Shown here: positions 44,251-56,576 of the stretch, piece by piece | How positions within the stretch are numbered: the stretch's first letter is position 1 | Layout of the letters: each line of letters opens with the position of its first letter | Source of the DNA: Dudresnaya verticillata | Lineage: Eukaryota | Length of the DNA stretch: 64,000 nt | Assembly (NCBI GenBank): GCA_977862235.1 | Contig: OZ374564.1 | Span: forward strand, 62,001 to 126,000 | Direction of reading: 5' to 3' | The notes under the pieces: model-generated | The model's input: only the letters and a program-made list of their open reading frames with translations | Databases searched by the model: none | What the model was told of the DNA's origin: nothing | Position numbers and translations under genes: made by a program

Positions 44251-47200
44251 CTCGGGCACCAACTCCTGACGCTGGGTTGTCGCACCGCGAAGAGAGGCCT
44301 AGGCCTCGGGTGCTGACACGGAAGGAGGGCCCGGAGTTAGTCACCGATGACGCCAACGGGCGGATAGAGTCGTCACAGACGTCATTAAAACGCCCGTGGC
44401 GAAGGTACCAGCCCCCCAGGCGCGAGGGCAGTTGTTCGTAATGGCCAAGAGGAACTATAAGATGTACGCCGATTTGGGCGCAACCGTTAGTACCTTGGCA
44501 CGTAAACGCACTGTCTTCGGCACGGGGGCTGGTCCGAATTTCATTCGCATTGACGAAATTCTGCTGGAAGCGCGATCGCGCATCGTGGCAAAGAGCCTCC
44601 CCGTCATAGCCGACGCCAACAATAAGGCGATCCAGACAAGAGGCACCATCGACCTGGTCGTTCGTCTAGGACGGAGAGTCGTCAAGTTGGAACTGATCGT
44701 TTGCGAACGACTCGCTGCGCCGGTTATACTCTGCTGCGACTTTTGCGACCGCTTCGTCGAAGCAATATATCCGCGAAGTCGTGAGGTTGAATTGGATGAC
44801 GGGACTCGTGTCCCTATAACGCACCGCCCGCTGCGCCGACCCCCGTCGTATCCTCCGTTACCAACGGAACAGGAATACGGCAAGGCCGAAGGGAGGACAT
44901 CGCCCAAGATCCGAGTCGCCGAGCGCGCGGTCATCCCGCCTAAGGCGCAGCAATGGGTATCGGTGACCACCGAGCGCGCTGGCATCATCACAATTCAACC
45001 GTTCGGAACGCTGTATGACAAACAAGGTCTGGCCGTTACGAACGGGATTGCTCAAGTGGAGCCGCTCAAAGCGTTTCGCATTCTGGTTGCCAACTGTGGT
45101 GCAAACGTCTGAGACGATAGACCGCCGAGCAGTTCGCGGCTCGGTGGGTAGCTGCGCCCTCGGCGATGCGTGGTCCCGCCGTGGGTGACTTGTTGGTAGA
45201 GCAAAGGAACACGCCTTGGGCGGACTGTAGGCGCCCGAGGCGGAAGGTGTGAAGGAAGGGAAAAGGATACAGAAAGGGAACACGTCAAGGACGATGGTAG
45301 ACGTGGAAGCACGGGAGGTAGACGCTTAGCCGTAGGCAGCGGTACGGTACGCGCGTGCGGAACAGGGAAGTCTGGACCAAGGCCGGCTTGCCCGGGCGTT
45401 TACTGTTACGTCTGGGACGGCTTACCTAAGTATAGTACGGCGATGCGGCAGCGGCGGTGCGTGTGCGTAGCGCGGGAACTTGGGACACGTGTCATCCCGA
45501 GGTGCGTCTGACAGATCACCCATCGTATGCACCCGCGCGCCTGACAGATTGCTGCACAACCCCCTGTGTGGGTGCTTACACGCACACGTGGACGCGTGTG
45601 CCTTACAGCCGTGCGCGCGCGCATACTGTAGAGCGTGCGCCTTGGATCTAATCCGATACTTGTCCGACCCCGATGCCATCCGGATCGGGCCAGCAATGCG
45701 AATACCCGCAGCCTTACAGGCGCGGATCTTACAGCTTAGGCGATCCGGATAGCCAATCTGGATACCGGATCCGGATCCCATCTGGATCCGTATTACAGTG
45801 CCCCGGGGCGCCACGTCGGCCCATCACCGTACAGTGCCCGCATGGCGCGCGGCGCGCAGTGTGCGCGCGCGCCCCAGTGAGCCGTCCATGACGTGTTCGC
45901 GCGCCAACGGCGGTGGTGAGCGCCGGTGGCGGTTTCTCCGTCGGGCGACGTATTTGGTCTGCCCGCTTTCAGCGAGAAAGGGCTCACCTCCCCTTGCACC
46001 ACACCAACTTCTCTCCCCGTCCGCAGGCGCTGGCCAAGGGCCAAGTCGTCGCGACGGCGTTACCACATCCGACAGCAGTGTTCCCCAGTCACGTAAGTCT
46101 AGCCGATGTTTTGGGCCTCACAGAGGAACAGACCGAGGACGAGGAGGCAAACCAAGATTTCCGTTTTCGAACAAACGATAACACTGCGGCACAGCCGGAT
46201 ACTTTCACGAAGTCTATCGAGGCAACCACTGCCAAACCTCCGTCAGTAGACGATTTAGACCTGGGACATCTCCCACCGAGCATCAAGGCCGGCTTAAGGA
46301 GATGTTGCGCAAGTATTCGTCTATGTGGGACGGTTCGTTGGGAGAAATCTCAACCACGGAGCACTACATCGACTTGCTTCCCGGCTCTAGACCGATATCG
46401 TCCCCGCCCTACCGAGCGGGGCCGAAGCAAAAACAACTCGCTCAAGCGGAAGTGGACCGCATGCTGGGGCAAGGGGTTATCGAACCCGCACAATCGCCAT
46501 GGGCGTCACCAGTGGTCTTCGCCTCCAAGAAGGACGGGACCCTCCGCTTTTGCGTGGACTACCGTCGTTTAAACGCAGTAACCGTACGGGACACGTACCC
46601 GCTGCCGCGTATCGACGAATGCATCGACAGTCTAGGGGAAGCAAACGTCTTCACCACCCTAGACTGTAACAGTGGGTACTGGCGGGTGCCGATCAATCCG
46701 CGAGACTACGATAAGACTGCGTTCACGTGCCACGCCGGACTGTTACGCTATAAGCGTATGCCATTCGGTCTCACGAACGCACCCGCTACGTTTCAACGAA
46801 CGTTGGACATACTGCTCGCTGGTTACAAGTGGCGTTCGTGCCTCGTCTACCTCGATGACGTAATAATCTTCTCCAGCGACATCGACAGCCACTTCCGTCA
46901 TGTTGACGAGATCCTTTCGACATTGCACCGCGCCGGGGTGATTCTGAAGTTGACCAAGTTTGACTTCTTCACCCCAACCGTCAACTACTTAGGACACGTC
47001 ATACGTCCAGGACGGTTAGAAGTTGACCGAACTGTCACTGCCGCGCTACGCGAAGTCAAGCATCCACGGGATCAGAAGGAGCTACGGAGTTTCCTCGGTC
47101 TTTGCAACGTCTACAGACGGTTCGTCTCGCGATACTCGCATGTCGCTGCCCCCGTCAACAAGTTGCTGAGGAAGGAACAGGACTTCCGGTTACAACCGTT

Positions 47201-49880
47201 TGATGAGACATAAGCCAAAGCGTTCAGTACACTCGTCGAGGCCGTGACTCATCCGCCTATACTGGCGCTACCACAGCAGGGTCTCCCCTATTCCGTCCAT
47301 TGTGACGCAAGCGAGTATCAGGTCGGCTGCGCTCTCTTTCAAACGCGGCCCGACGGGGAACGCAAGCCGCTCGGCTTCTGGTCCCGCTCGCTCACCGCTC
47401 CAGAGCGTAACTACTCGGTCTCCGAAAAAGAGTGCCTCGCAGTAGTATGGTCCGTCATGACGCTGCGACCTTACCTCCAGATGGAGTCGTTCAAAGTCCA
47501 TTCGGACCATTCGTCGTTGAGGTGGCTGATGGAAATCAGCGATCCCTCTGGACGGTTAATGCGGTGGCGCCTTCGCCTTTCCGAGTTCGACTTTGTCGTG
47601 AAGTACAAAAGGGGGTACCTGAATACTCAGGCAGATGCCCTTTCGCGTCTACAGACGAAGGGAGAAACCGTCGAGCCCATTGACGATGATATACCGTGCT
47701 ATCACGGAAGCTACGTCGAAGACGGGCATCAAACGTCACAAGACGATCTGTCAGACGCCGAAGGAGAGGTCGACTTCTCCGAACGAGAGTTCGAGGAGTT
47801 CGACCAAGTGTTGATCAACAACACGCCACCGGCGGAGGAGGTACTCCTTCGTCAAGTGACGCATGAAGAGTTGGTACACGCCCGACGCGATGACAAATAC
47901 TGTAACGATGTCAGGAAACGTCTGGATGACGGGATCATCGTACCGTTCGCAACGGATGAACAGGGCCTGTTGGTCCGAACAGTGTAAGTCCGTCCGCAAG
48001 TGGTCGTACCCGCCGCGTTACGCGCTCGCTTACTCCACCTCCGGCACCACGCCAAGTTGGCAGGGCACCCAGGGGGCGTAAGTTGTATCATACGCTTCGA
48101 CGCGAATACTATTGGCCATCGATGCCAGTGGACTGCTATGCGACCGTCCGCAACTGCGTAACCTGCGCTAAGAATCGCGTATTGCTGCGAAGGAACACCA
48201 AGCAATTGAAGTTATTCCCGGCAACCGAGCCTCTCGAATTCGTATCGATCGACATCCTGGGCGAACTCAGACGCACGAAGCGAGGAAACAAGTTCCTACT
48301 CGTCATTGTGGACCGCTTCTCGAAGCTGGTCCGGACGGTCCCACTGCGTAGTATTACGGCATTGGAAATCGCTAAGGCGTTTGTGCGACATTGGGTCTTC
48401 GTGTACGGTCCTCCCAAGAACCTTTTGTCCGACAACAGACCACAGTTTGTGGCTAAGCTGTTTCAGGATATCTGCCGTCTCTTGGGAGTGGAGAATCTCT
48501 TCACCACGACGTACCATCCGCAATGAAATGGCCAGGTAGAACGATTCAATCGAACTATCCTGGCCTCGCTGCGTCACTACGTTGCGGATCATCCGAGAGA
48601 CTGGGACCTGTTCACGGATGCCTTGACATTCGCATACAACACACAGTTGCATTCGTCTACGCATCTCGCTCCGTTTGAATTGATGCTGTCTAAGCCACCA
48701 CGGCCATTGTCGCGCGAAGCGGAACCGTCGCTCGAAAGCGTACCCACCGCGGGGCAATAATACAACAAGTGGCGAACCTGGTTGGCCGCACTGATGGGAA
48801 CCGCTAAAGCGTCGTTAGAGAAGATTCAAGCACGTTAAAAACGAAACTTCGATACCCGATTAAGGAAATCGAAGGAAGCAATCGCCATAGGCGACTTCTT
48901 ATTCGTACGTAAGGAATACTTCGCCCGAGGCGGGAGCACGGATCACGCAGAGCTTAAGCATAAGCTGGCGCCAGTGGCGGACGGACCATACCGGGTAACT
49001 CACGTTGATAACGAGACCGTAACCGTCGACAAGGGACGTGACGAGCTGGAACATTTGTCCCGAGACCGCGTGGTCTGGGCGCTGACCCCACCGGGTCAGG
49101 TGACCCCTCCAATTGTCGTACCACCAGGCCCGCCTGAGGAGCAGGAAGCAGTCGCCCCCACGTCACAAGACGAAGGGACGACTATCCCAGGCACGCCACC
49201 AGCGGACCCGGAGGAGGACGCAGACACTTCGCATACTGCGGCAGATCCGCAAGAGCGTACGATCGCCGCGTCACGCAGTCGTGGGTTGGCAGAGCTTTCG
49301 CCCTTCGCCGCCGATCCCGACGACCGCGCTTCGCAATCCGTCTCCAACGACGACAATACCCCAGGGGTTCGCACCCGTTTGGAACACGTCGCTACGGCAC
49401 CGCCGAATGAGAACAATGACTCCGCTGAAAGCGCGTCCGATAACGAAGAAGTTAACCGTGCAAGCACGAATCAAGGCGCTGCAAGCGATGAACTCGTCTC
49501 AAGACGCAACAACCCACTGACCGCTGATCGAGCGTCCGAGGCACAAGGCCAACGCCTTCAGCGATCAACTCGTCGAGTACACTTCGCCGAACCGGAACAG
49601 ATGCCCATAACGCAACGAGACGAACCGTCAAAGGCGCTGGAAAGTCCCACGTCCAAGCCGAACGCTGTGAGCGGGAAAGAATACGTGATTGAACGCATCG
49701 AGTCGCACGCGTACGCGGATGATGGAGAGACCCTCTAACGCGTCAAGTGGTTTGGATACCCCGCTTCAGCGAACACCTGGGAGCCCGTGTCTAGTTTGCC
49801 GCGATCACACGCCGTGCGGTACCACCGTCGGAAGCAAAGGCGCCTGCCTCCAAATATTGACGACGCCCAGCGCGGATAAC
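44247..49880 (+). pseudogene. G2 pol: PR (catalytic D to G), RT, RH, IN, chromodomain; several stops and frameshifts plus a solo-LTR insertion
   Basis: VFGTGAGPNF, YLDD, HCDAS, FVSID...LSDN; EYVIERIESH...*RVKWFGYPASANTWEP. Confidence 0.93.
45095..46003 (-). mobile_element. Solo LTR (family A, 909 bp) inserted antisense in G2 pol
   Basis: TGTGGTGCA...TGCACCACA termini; TSD CCAAC (45090-45094 and 46004-46008). Excision restores RILVAN|FSPRPQ. Reverse complement of 53968-54869. Confidence 0.95.
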
Positions 49881-51154
49881 CCTAATCCGGAAATGCCGCT
49901 GGAAGCGAATGGACGGACGATCGAAACCGCGTGCTCGACCTACGATCGCCAACGGCGAGGAAGCTCAACCCATGGTCTGTGGACGCGGTCGCCAGAGCGA
50001 CAGCGCCAAACACGTGTGCACGCCATGGACGAACGCGGACGCAAGTCGTTGCGTCATAGACGGCCTCGCGCACGCCACCTCGCAGCAGCCCCCATACGTA
50101 ACCTCTGGTTGGGTGCGCTGTTGACAGTGGATCCAGATTGCAAATCGAGATCCGTCGCCGGCGCCCCTCGGGCAATAGGAGGCAGTAGTTGGTCAAATTT
50201 TAATTTCCAAACACGGCAGCGCGCACCACCCCGCCGTCAACGCATGACGAACGCAATCATGCCAAGTGGCTGAGCAGGTGCTACGAGCCCCAACGACGAC
50301 AGGCGCAAGTGGCAGCGCGCAATAACCGTCTCCGACGTCGAGACGTGCACTCGCCCCACGGCCAAGTCCCTGGGACCGCCACCCTGCCGGCCACGGTCTC
50401 GCGCGAAAGCAACCGTGGAACGTCTCCGACGTAACTCGCCGGAGAAGGGGCGCACCGACAAACCCACCCCCGAAGGGGGGGAAGGTGGTTGAAGACGCAG
50501 TTGCTGTGGGTTCCGTGCACGACGCGCCAATAAATCGCCAACGACTCCGCCGCTGCCCGCGGCCGCCGCGGTCGCAGTCGCGCGAGCGCGACCGACAACT
50601 CTACCCTACCCCCAAAGAGGAACGTCGAAGACGAAAGGGGCAGCAACGCCAAGGCGTCAACACCTACCTCACCGCCTCCGCGACGCTCGTCGCGGACGCC
50701 GACAAACCACGCCCAAGGCGCAGTACGACACATGCATTCCAAAAACGCTAAGTAAGCGGAAATACGCCAACGCCGCACGTGAAACACGAAGAGAAAGGCT
50801 ACTACAGCGGACACTACCAGGCAAACACAGCCGAAACGCAACGCAAGGCCAAGGCTAAAGGCATCAAACGCCAACGCTACTGTAGCGGGCAATCAAGAAC
50901 ACGACGCAAAGTCGAAAGTGGATCATAAGTTACACCCTAAGGCCAACGCGAAACGCGACACGAAGAGACGCTGACAATGGCCGAAGTTTACTGGGCTAAA
51001 AACAAATGGGTACAACCCCTCGCCCTAGCGATCGACCACTACAGCTACATGAATCGTCAAAGACGAAGGGGAATCCCCGCTCATCGGTCCCACAATGGAG
51101 CCGAAGGGCAACACAATACGCACCTCGCGCCCGCTATCCGTTCCTGAAACGACA

Positions 51155-53458
51155 TCAAGACTCTTTCGTCGCAGACGAAGCGGGTTGTATATCCTCAGCG
51201 CCTTCGGCGGACTCACGCAACGCCTCTTCGTAGAGGTCGTCCTCCGTCGTCGACGGTACACTCACGGCAGGAGCCGGGGCAGACCGCAAAGGCCTCGCCA
51301 CCGCAACTGCCGGAGTAGTCGCAACAGGCGCCGCAGGCGAAAGGGGCGACTTATCAATCGCCTTTGGCGTCGTCGCGACGATATCCGCCAAAGTAGATGA
51401 AGCAATAACACCCGTCACCGGCGCAGAGCTCAAGCTATCGTCCGCCTTAGGCGCGGGCACAGCCCCATCCACTTTAAGCGTAATCAACGACTCTTCGACC
51501 GCCTTTGGCGTCAGTTCAGAAACCGCCTTCATTGGCGTCGCCTCTTCACTCGCCTTCGGCGTTGTTAATCCGACACCCGTCAATGACGCAGGAGCACCTA
51601 GCCCCTTTGGAACCGTCAACGACGCTATAGCGGCATTCGCTTCGCTCGCCGCAGGCGGTACAGTCATACTCACGTCTTTAGACGCCGGACCATTCGCCAT
51701 AGGCGACGAAGGCTTCTCCGCCACACCGTCCTCCGACGCAGAACCTACGACACTAGTCGACTTCGGCGCGGGCCCACCCTGAGGTGGGACCGCAGCCGAC
51801 AAAGATTGGCTCATCCACTCAGTGGGTGAGCCGCTCAGACCGCTAGTAGCGACGCCTGCAGCCTGCAATAACGCAAGCACGGTGCGGCGCTGCTCCTCGG
51901 TCCAAGCCGGTACCGAAGCTGGACCTCCAGAACCGTCTGCGACGTTCGATACTTCGCCTTGAGGCGTTACGGTCGGTGGAGCCGACTCCAATATTGGCGT
52001 CGCCATAACGGCATCGCCATCATCGTCAGCGACAGGAGCCGCAAGGTCCAGAGGCACAACAGCTGGCAGGCCAGCTGGCACTCCACCGCCACCGACAGCA
52101 CCTCCGGGCAAAGCCGAAGATGCGGGCGCAGGCTCGGCAGTCGACTCAACCGCCATAGGCGTAGTGATATCCGTCCCGGACGAGTTCCCCGGTCCGCCAT
52201 CGGCGTTAAACGCATCCTCCTCGGCCATTAAGGCACTCAAATGCGGAGGAAAATCACCGACAAAGTCGCAGCTCTTACGCAAACCACGCGGGTGATTACC
52301 CGGGGTGAAGCGGTCCGTTTTGCGATGGCGCTCCGCAACGTTCTTCGTCGTACGACGCTTTGTCCATGGATTATAATGGATCCAATCGCCACAGGCGGAG
52401 TGAGTACGACTCATCGCGAATCGCGGACGGTTCGCCTTACGGCGGTTGTTCGCATACGGCACTATTGCCGGGTCGTTCCAATCGATCTCATCCGCCACAG
52501 CGCGCAGGTTACAGAACTCCTCGGCGTTCCGGGACCCGCCAAATATTTCGACCAAGTCGAGGCTGCCAAGCTGAGCCACCACACGCGGGGGTAAGTGGTA
52601 CATACGGAAGGTGTCATACACCTCCCATAACCACGCATAGGCCACATTGGCGGCCCACTCCGTGTAAAACACGATCCAATACCTGGAATATGGGTCGGTC
52701 ATCAGCTCGGAACCAAGATACGTGACACACGGAGGAAGCTCTACGGAGAAACCCTCGCATATCTCAAACTCGCGCCATACAGGCGGCACCTTCACGAAAC
52801 AGAAGGGTAACTTACTACGCTCAATGCGATCGACCTGCATGTCTTGGTAAGGTACGAATGCGCCCTTTCGGCGACGCGTCTCGCAATCCCATCGGATACA
52901 ACGCTCCCAAAAGAACGTACCCGTACGATGCAAGTAACGGAAATCCGCTTTCAAGCGTACGCCTAATAGGTAAGCCTCTCCCAACACACGGGGCTCAATC
53001 GACACGCTCACATGTTTGAGCGATAACGTCCCGAGACGAGCACCATACTCGGCTTCGCCGGCTGTGCGGTATTGTCCCGCATCATAATTGAATAAGGGCG
53101 GCGTTAACGTCGACCCCGGATAACGCGTGAAGCGACGATACACGTCTGAGACGAACTGCGCGTGGACGTCCGCACGCGACTGTCCCGATCGCACCCAAAC
53201 CCATTCCGCAGGAACGGCGCAGCGTAACTTCCATTCCAACGTCCAGACGACGCCGAGGGGCAGGCCCCCCGGCAAGAAACCGCTAGTAGCGTAATGGGCG
53301 ACCAATTCTTCCTCGCGCAAAGCCTCTTGGTCAAACCGGGGGGCCCGCGCGAAGAAATGCGCGTGATCGCGAGGGTTCTTTCCGACGAAGTCGACCGGCG
53401 AAGCGTACACCGGCGCGGCCGAGGGCGCCGCCACCTGCATGCCATTGAACATCGGCAT
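51155..53458 (-). CDS. Antisense accessory ORF of G2, unknown function (767 aa; conserved N-terminal domain, Ala/Pro/Ser/Thr-rich tail)
   Basis: Uninterrupted, ATG-initiated, opposite to gag-pol; homologous to 30306-31943. Confidence 0.87.
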   Translation of the reverse strand: MPMFNGMQVAAPSAAPVYASPVDFVGKNPRDHAHFFARAPRFDQEALREEELVAHYATSGFLPGGLPLGVVWTLEWKLRCAVPAEWVWVRSGQSRADVHAQFVSDVYRRFTRYPGSTLTPPLFNYDAGQYRTAGEAEYGARLGTLSLKHVSVSIEPRVLGEAYLLGVRLKADFRYLHRTGTFFWERCIRWDCETRRRKGAFVPYQDMQVDRIERSKLPFCFVKVPPVWREFEICEGFSVELPPCVTYLGSELMTDPYSRYWIVFYTEWAANVAYAWLWEVYDTFRMYHLPPRVVAQLGSLDLVEIFGGSRNAEEFCNLRAVADEIDWNDPAIVPYANNRRKANRPRFAMSRTHSACGDWIHYNPWTKRRTTKNVAERHRKTDRFTPGNHPRGLRKSCDFVGDFPPHLSALMAEEDAFNADGGPGNSSGTDITTPMAVESTAEPAPASSALPGGAVGGGGVPAGLPAVVPLDLAAPVADDDGDAVMATPILESAPPTVTPQGEVSNVADGSGGPASVPAWTEEQRRTVLALLQAAGVATSGLSGSPTEWMSQSLSAAVPPQGGPAPKSTSVVGSASEDGVAEKPSSPMANGPASKDVSMTVPPAASEANAAIASLTVPKGLGAPASLTGVGLTTPKASEEATPMKAVSELTPKAVEESLITLKVDGAVPAPKADDSLSSAPVTGVIASSTLADIVATTPKAIDKSPLSPAAPVATTPAVAVARPLRSAPAPAVSVPSTTEDDLYEEALRESAEGAEDIQPASSATKES

Positions 53459-53967
53459 GACGTCAACGACGAGAATATGTTAGCGCCAACGGCGATGCCT
53501 GTTCAAACTTCAAAGGCGACTCGTGTTCTGCGCCACTGGCGAAAGCTTCGAGAAGCGTGCGTCGAAGACGATTACTGTTGTAACGCCTCAGGCGAGGAAA
53601 AGAAACCCACGTCAACGACGTTCAGCTGCTGCGCCACTGGCGATGCCAAAGGCAAACGACGTCGATGACGATTAAGTTGCGACGCCCCAGGCGAGGGATA
53701 TACGATAGACGTCAACGACGGAGAACGTTATGCGCCACGGGCGGTGATGTCGGGGCCGCGTCAACGCAGTCGCACAGACACAAGCACGCAACAAGAGCGA
53801 AGTTCTTTCGGCACAGCCGAGGTCGCAACGCGCCCGCGGGCGCACCAACACAATACGCGAAGGCGCGGGGACTCGTTCGCAAGGCGCGGAAGTTGGCAGG
53901 AACGCAACGGGAGGGCGCACGGCAGCAGGTTGAGGGTCGGGCGTGTTCGCGTTTTGGAGGGGGGTCG

Positions 53968-54869
53968 TGTGGTGCAAGGGGAGGTGAGCCCTTTTTCGCT
54001 GAAAGCGGGCAGACCAAATACGTCGACCGACGGAGAAACCGTCACCGGCGCTCACCACCGCCGTTGGCGCGCGAACACGTCATCGACGGCTCACTGTGGC
54101 GCGCGCGCACACTGCGCGCCGCGCGCCACGCGGGCACTGTACGGTGATGGGCCGACGTGGCGCCCCGGGGCACTGTAATACGGATCCAGATGGGATCCGG
54201 ATCCGGTATCCAGATTGGCTATCCGGATCGCCTAAGCTGTAAGATACGCACCTGTAAGGCTGCGGGTATTCGCATTGCTGGCCCGATCCGGATGGCATCG
54301 GGATCGGACAAGTATCGGATTAGATCCAAGGCGCACGCTCTACAGTACGCGCGCGCGCACGGCTGTAAGGCACACGCGTCCACGTGTACGTGTAAACACA
54401 CACACAGGGGGTTGTACGGCAATCTGTCAGGCGCGCGGCTGCATGCGATGGGTGATCTGTCAGACGCGCCTCGGGATGACACGTGTCCCGAGTTCCCGCG
54501 CTACGCACACGCACCGCCGCCGCCGCATCGCCGTACTATACTTAGGTAAGCCGTCCCAGACGTAACAGTAAACGCCCGGGCAAGCCGGCCTTGGTCCAGA
54601 CTTCCCCGTTCCGCACGCGCGTATCCTACCGCTGCCTACGGCTCAAGCGTCTACCTCCCGTGCTTCCACGTCTACCATCGTCCTTGGCGTGTTCCCTTTC
54701 TGTTTCCTTTTCCCTTCTTTTCCGCCTCGGGCGTTTACAGTCCGCCCAAGGCGTGTCCTTTGCTCTACCAACAACTCGCCCACGGCGAGGCTACTCAACG
54801 CCGAGGGCGCAGCTACCCACCGAGCCCCGAACTTCTCGGCGGTCTATCGTCTCAGAAGTTTGCACCACA
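53968..54869 (+). repeat. G2 3' LTR (family A, 902 bp)
   Basis: Preceded by the PPT; TGTGGTGCA...TGCACCACA termini; TATA-like and CAGTAAA boxes at about 54537-54572. Confidence 0.9.
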
Positions 54870-54909
54870 AAGCGGTGAGGCAATGTAAGGACTTAGGCTG
54901 AAAGTAGTC

Positions 54910-55042
54910 TGTGGTATAGACGCTATCCGTGAAACGACTCCGTGGCGTACGTGAAAATAATCGAGAAATACGAATTTCGAAATGACTCCTGCACGCACGT
55001 GATACGAAATCACTGACATCTCCGGACGAATCCCGAGCCGAC
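54910..55042 (-). mobile_element. Inverted fragment of LTR family D
   Basis: TGTGGTATAGACGCT...AAATAATCGAGAAATACGAATTTCGAA is the reverse complement of about 27920-27999, joined to sequence like 27187-27235. Confidence 0.75.
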
Positions 55043-55667
55043 TTGCGCCCTCTTGGTCAGATACAACTTTTCGTCCGTATCGGAGAGCTCCGTGCTCGCG
55101 TCCAGTTTCTAGTGGTCGCGAACTTGGCGGCTCCCTGTATTTTGGGAACCACCTTCATCGACCGCTACGTGAAGGCAATACTCCCTCCGTTACGGAAAGT
55201 TGTTTTTCATCACTACCCACCGGTATCCCTTGTTGGTCAAGCCAAAATTCCGAAGACAGGAACCACTGCAACCCTACAGCCCTCACCTCTCTCTACCGCT
55301 ACGGTTTCTCAGAAAATTCGTTTAGCAAAATCTACCCTTATTCCCCCTATGACTCAAACCACCGTAACGGTTAATACCCCCACGGGTGGGTTATGCTTTC
55401 TACAAAATCATCCTAAGCCGGCTTTTAAGCACCTTTCGTTAATGGCTAATGGTATTATGGATGTTTTACCTAACAAACAGTTTCGGATCTGGGTCTCTAA
55501 TTTTTCTAACAAGCCGGTACGGTTGCCCAAATCTACTGTCGTGGGCCTCGCTACTGCTGCCCCCTCTGCTATTTTTACCGTTGACGGTATATCTCCCTTT
55601 AAGGAGGGGGAGGAATTATTCAATCATTTAATTCTAACCCTACCTCCGAAAAGGCCAGCAGCATCTC

Positions 55668-56576
55668 TGTAGTGCAAAGCGTCTTTGACGGACACTGCCG
55701 AGCAGTTCGGGGCTCGGTGGTAGCGACGCCTGCGGCGATGAGTGGCCTCGCCGTGGGCGTCTGGTGGTAGAGCGGTTGACTCGCCTTGGGCGGACAGTAA
55801 ACGCCCTTGGCGGAAAAGAAGAACAAAAGGAAACAGAAAAGGAACACGTCGAGGACGGGTAGAGACGTGGAAGCACGGAGGTAGACGCTTAGCCGTAGGC
55901 AGCGGTAGGGTACGCGCGTGCTGAACGGGGAAGTCTGGACCAAGGCCGGCTTACCGGGGTTTACTGTGACGTCTGAGACGGATCAACTAAGTACAGGATT
56001 ACCTAGCGGCGGCGACGCGGATGTACGCGTAACGCGGGAACTCGGGACACGTGTTGTCCCGAGGCGCGTCTGACAGATCCGTCCGTCATGCAGCCGCGCT
56101 CCTGACAGATCACGCGTAGTTCCCCGCGCGAGTCCTTACACCTACACGTGGATCCTTTCCTTACAGCCACGCGCGCGCCTCATGGCGCGAGCGATCTCGA
56201 TCCGTACCGATCCCGATCCAGTCCGGATTCGGGCCAGCGATGCGGATGCGCCAGGCTTACAGGCGCGTGCCTTACACCCCTTAATCCCGATGTGGGATCC
56301 CGATGTGGGATCCCGATTGGATCCGGATTCGGGCCACGCTTACAGCGAACGTTCCCGCCACTGCGCCACGCGCGCACGCGTGGCGCCGTACAGTGGCCGG
56401 GTTCAGGCGTGCGGTCTGCACGCCCAGCGAGCCGTTCTGGCCCAAGTGGCCAGCGGCATGCGTCGGTGACGTGTTTGCGCCGCGGGCGGGTTGAGCGCGC
56501 CGTTGGCGGTCGTCCGTCGGTAGACGCTGCATATCAACGCTTGAAAGTGAAAACGGGGGACCCCCCTGGCACTACA
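55668..56576 (-). mobile_element. Solo LTR (family A relative, 909 bp) inserted antisense in G3 pol
   Basis: TGTAGTGC...GCACTACA termini; TSD ATCTC (55663-55667 and 56577-56581). Confidence 0.93.

Larger units (their letters stand above)
42303..54869 (+). mobile_element. Ty3/Gypsy chromovirus G2 (5' LTR missing; decayed pol; antisense extra ORF; 3' LTR family A)
   Basis: Gag at 42331-44250. PR-RT-RH-IN-chromodomain to about 49880. PPT GGAGGGGGG before LTR 53968-54869. Confidence 0.9.

Noticed and set aside
56148..56576. Novel N-terminal domain on G3 pol (996-aa ORF)
   Set aside because: It is the inserted solo LTR read in frame.
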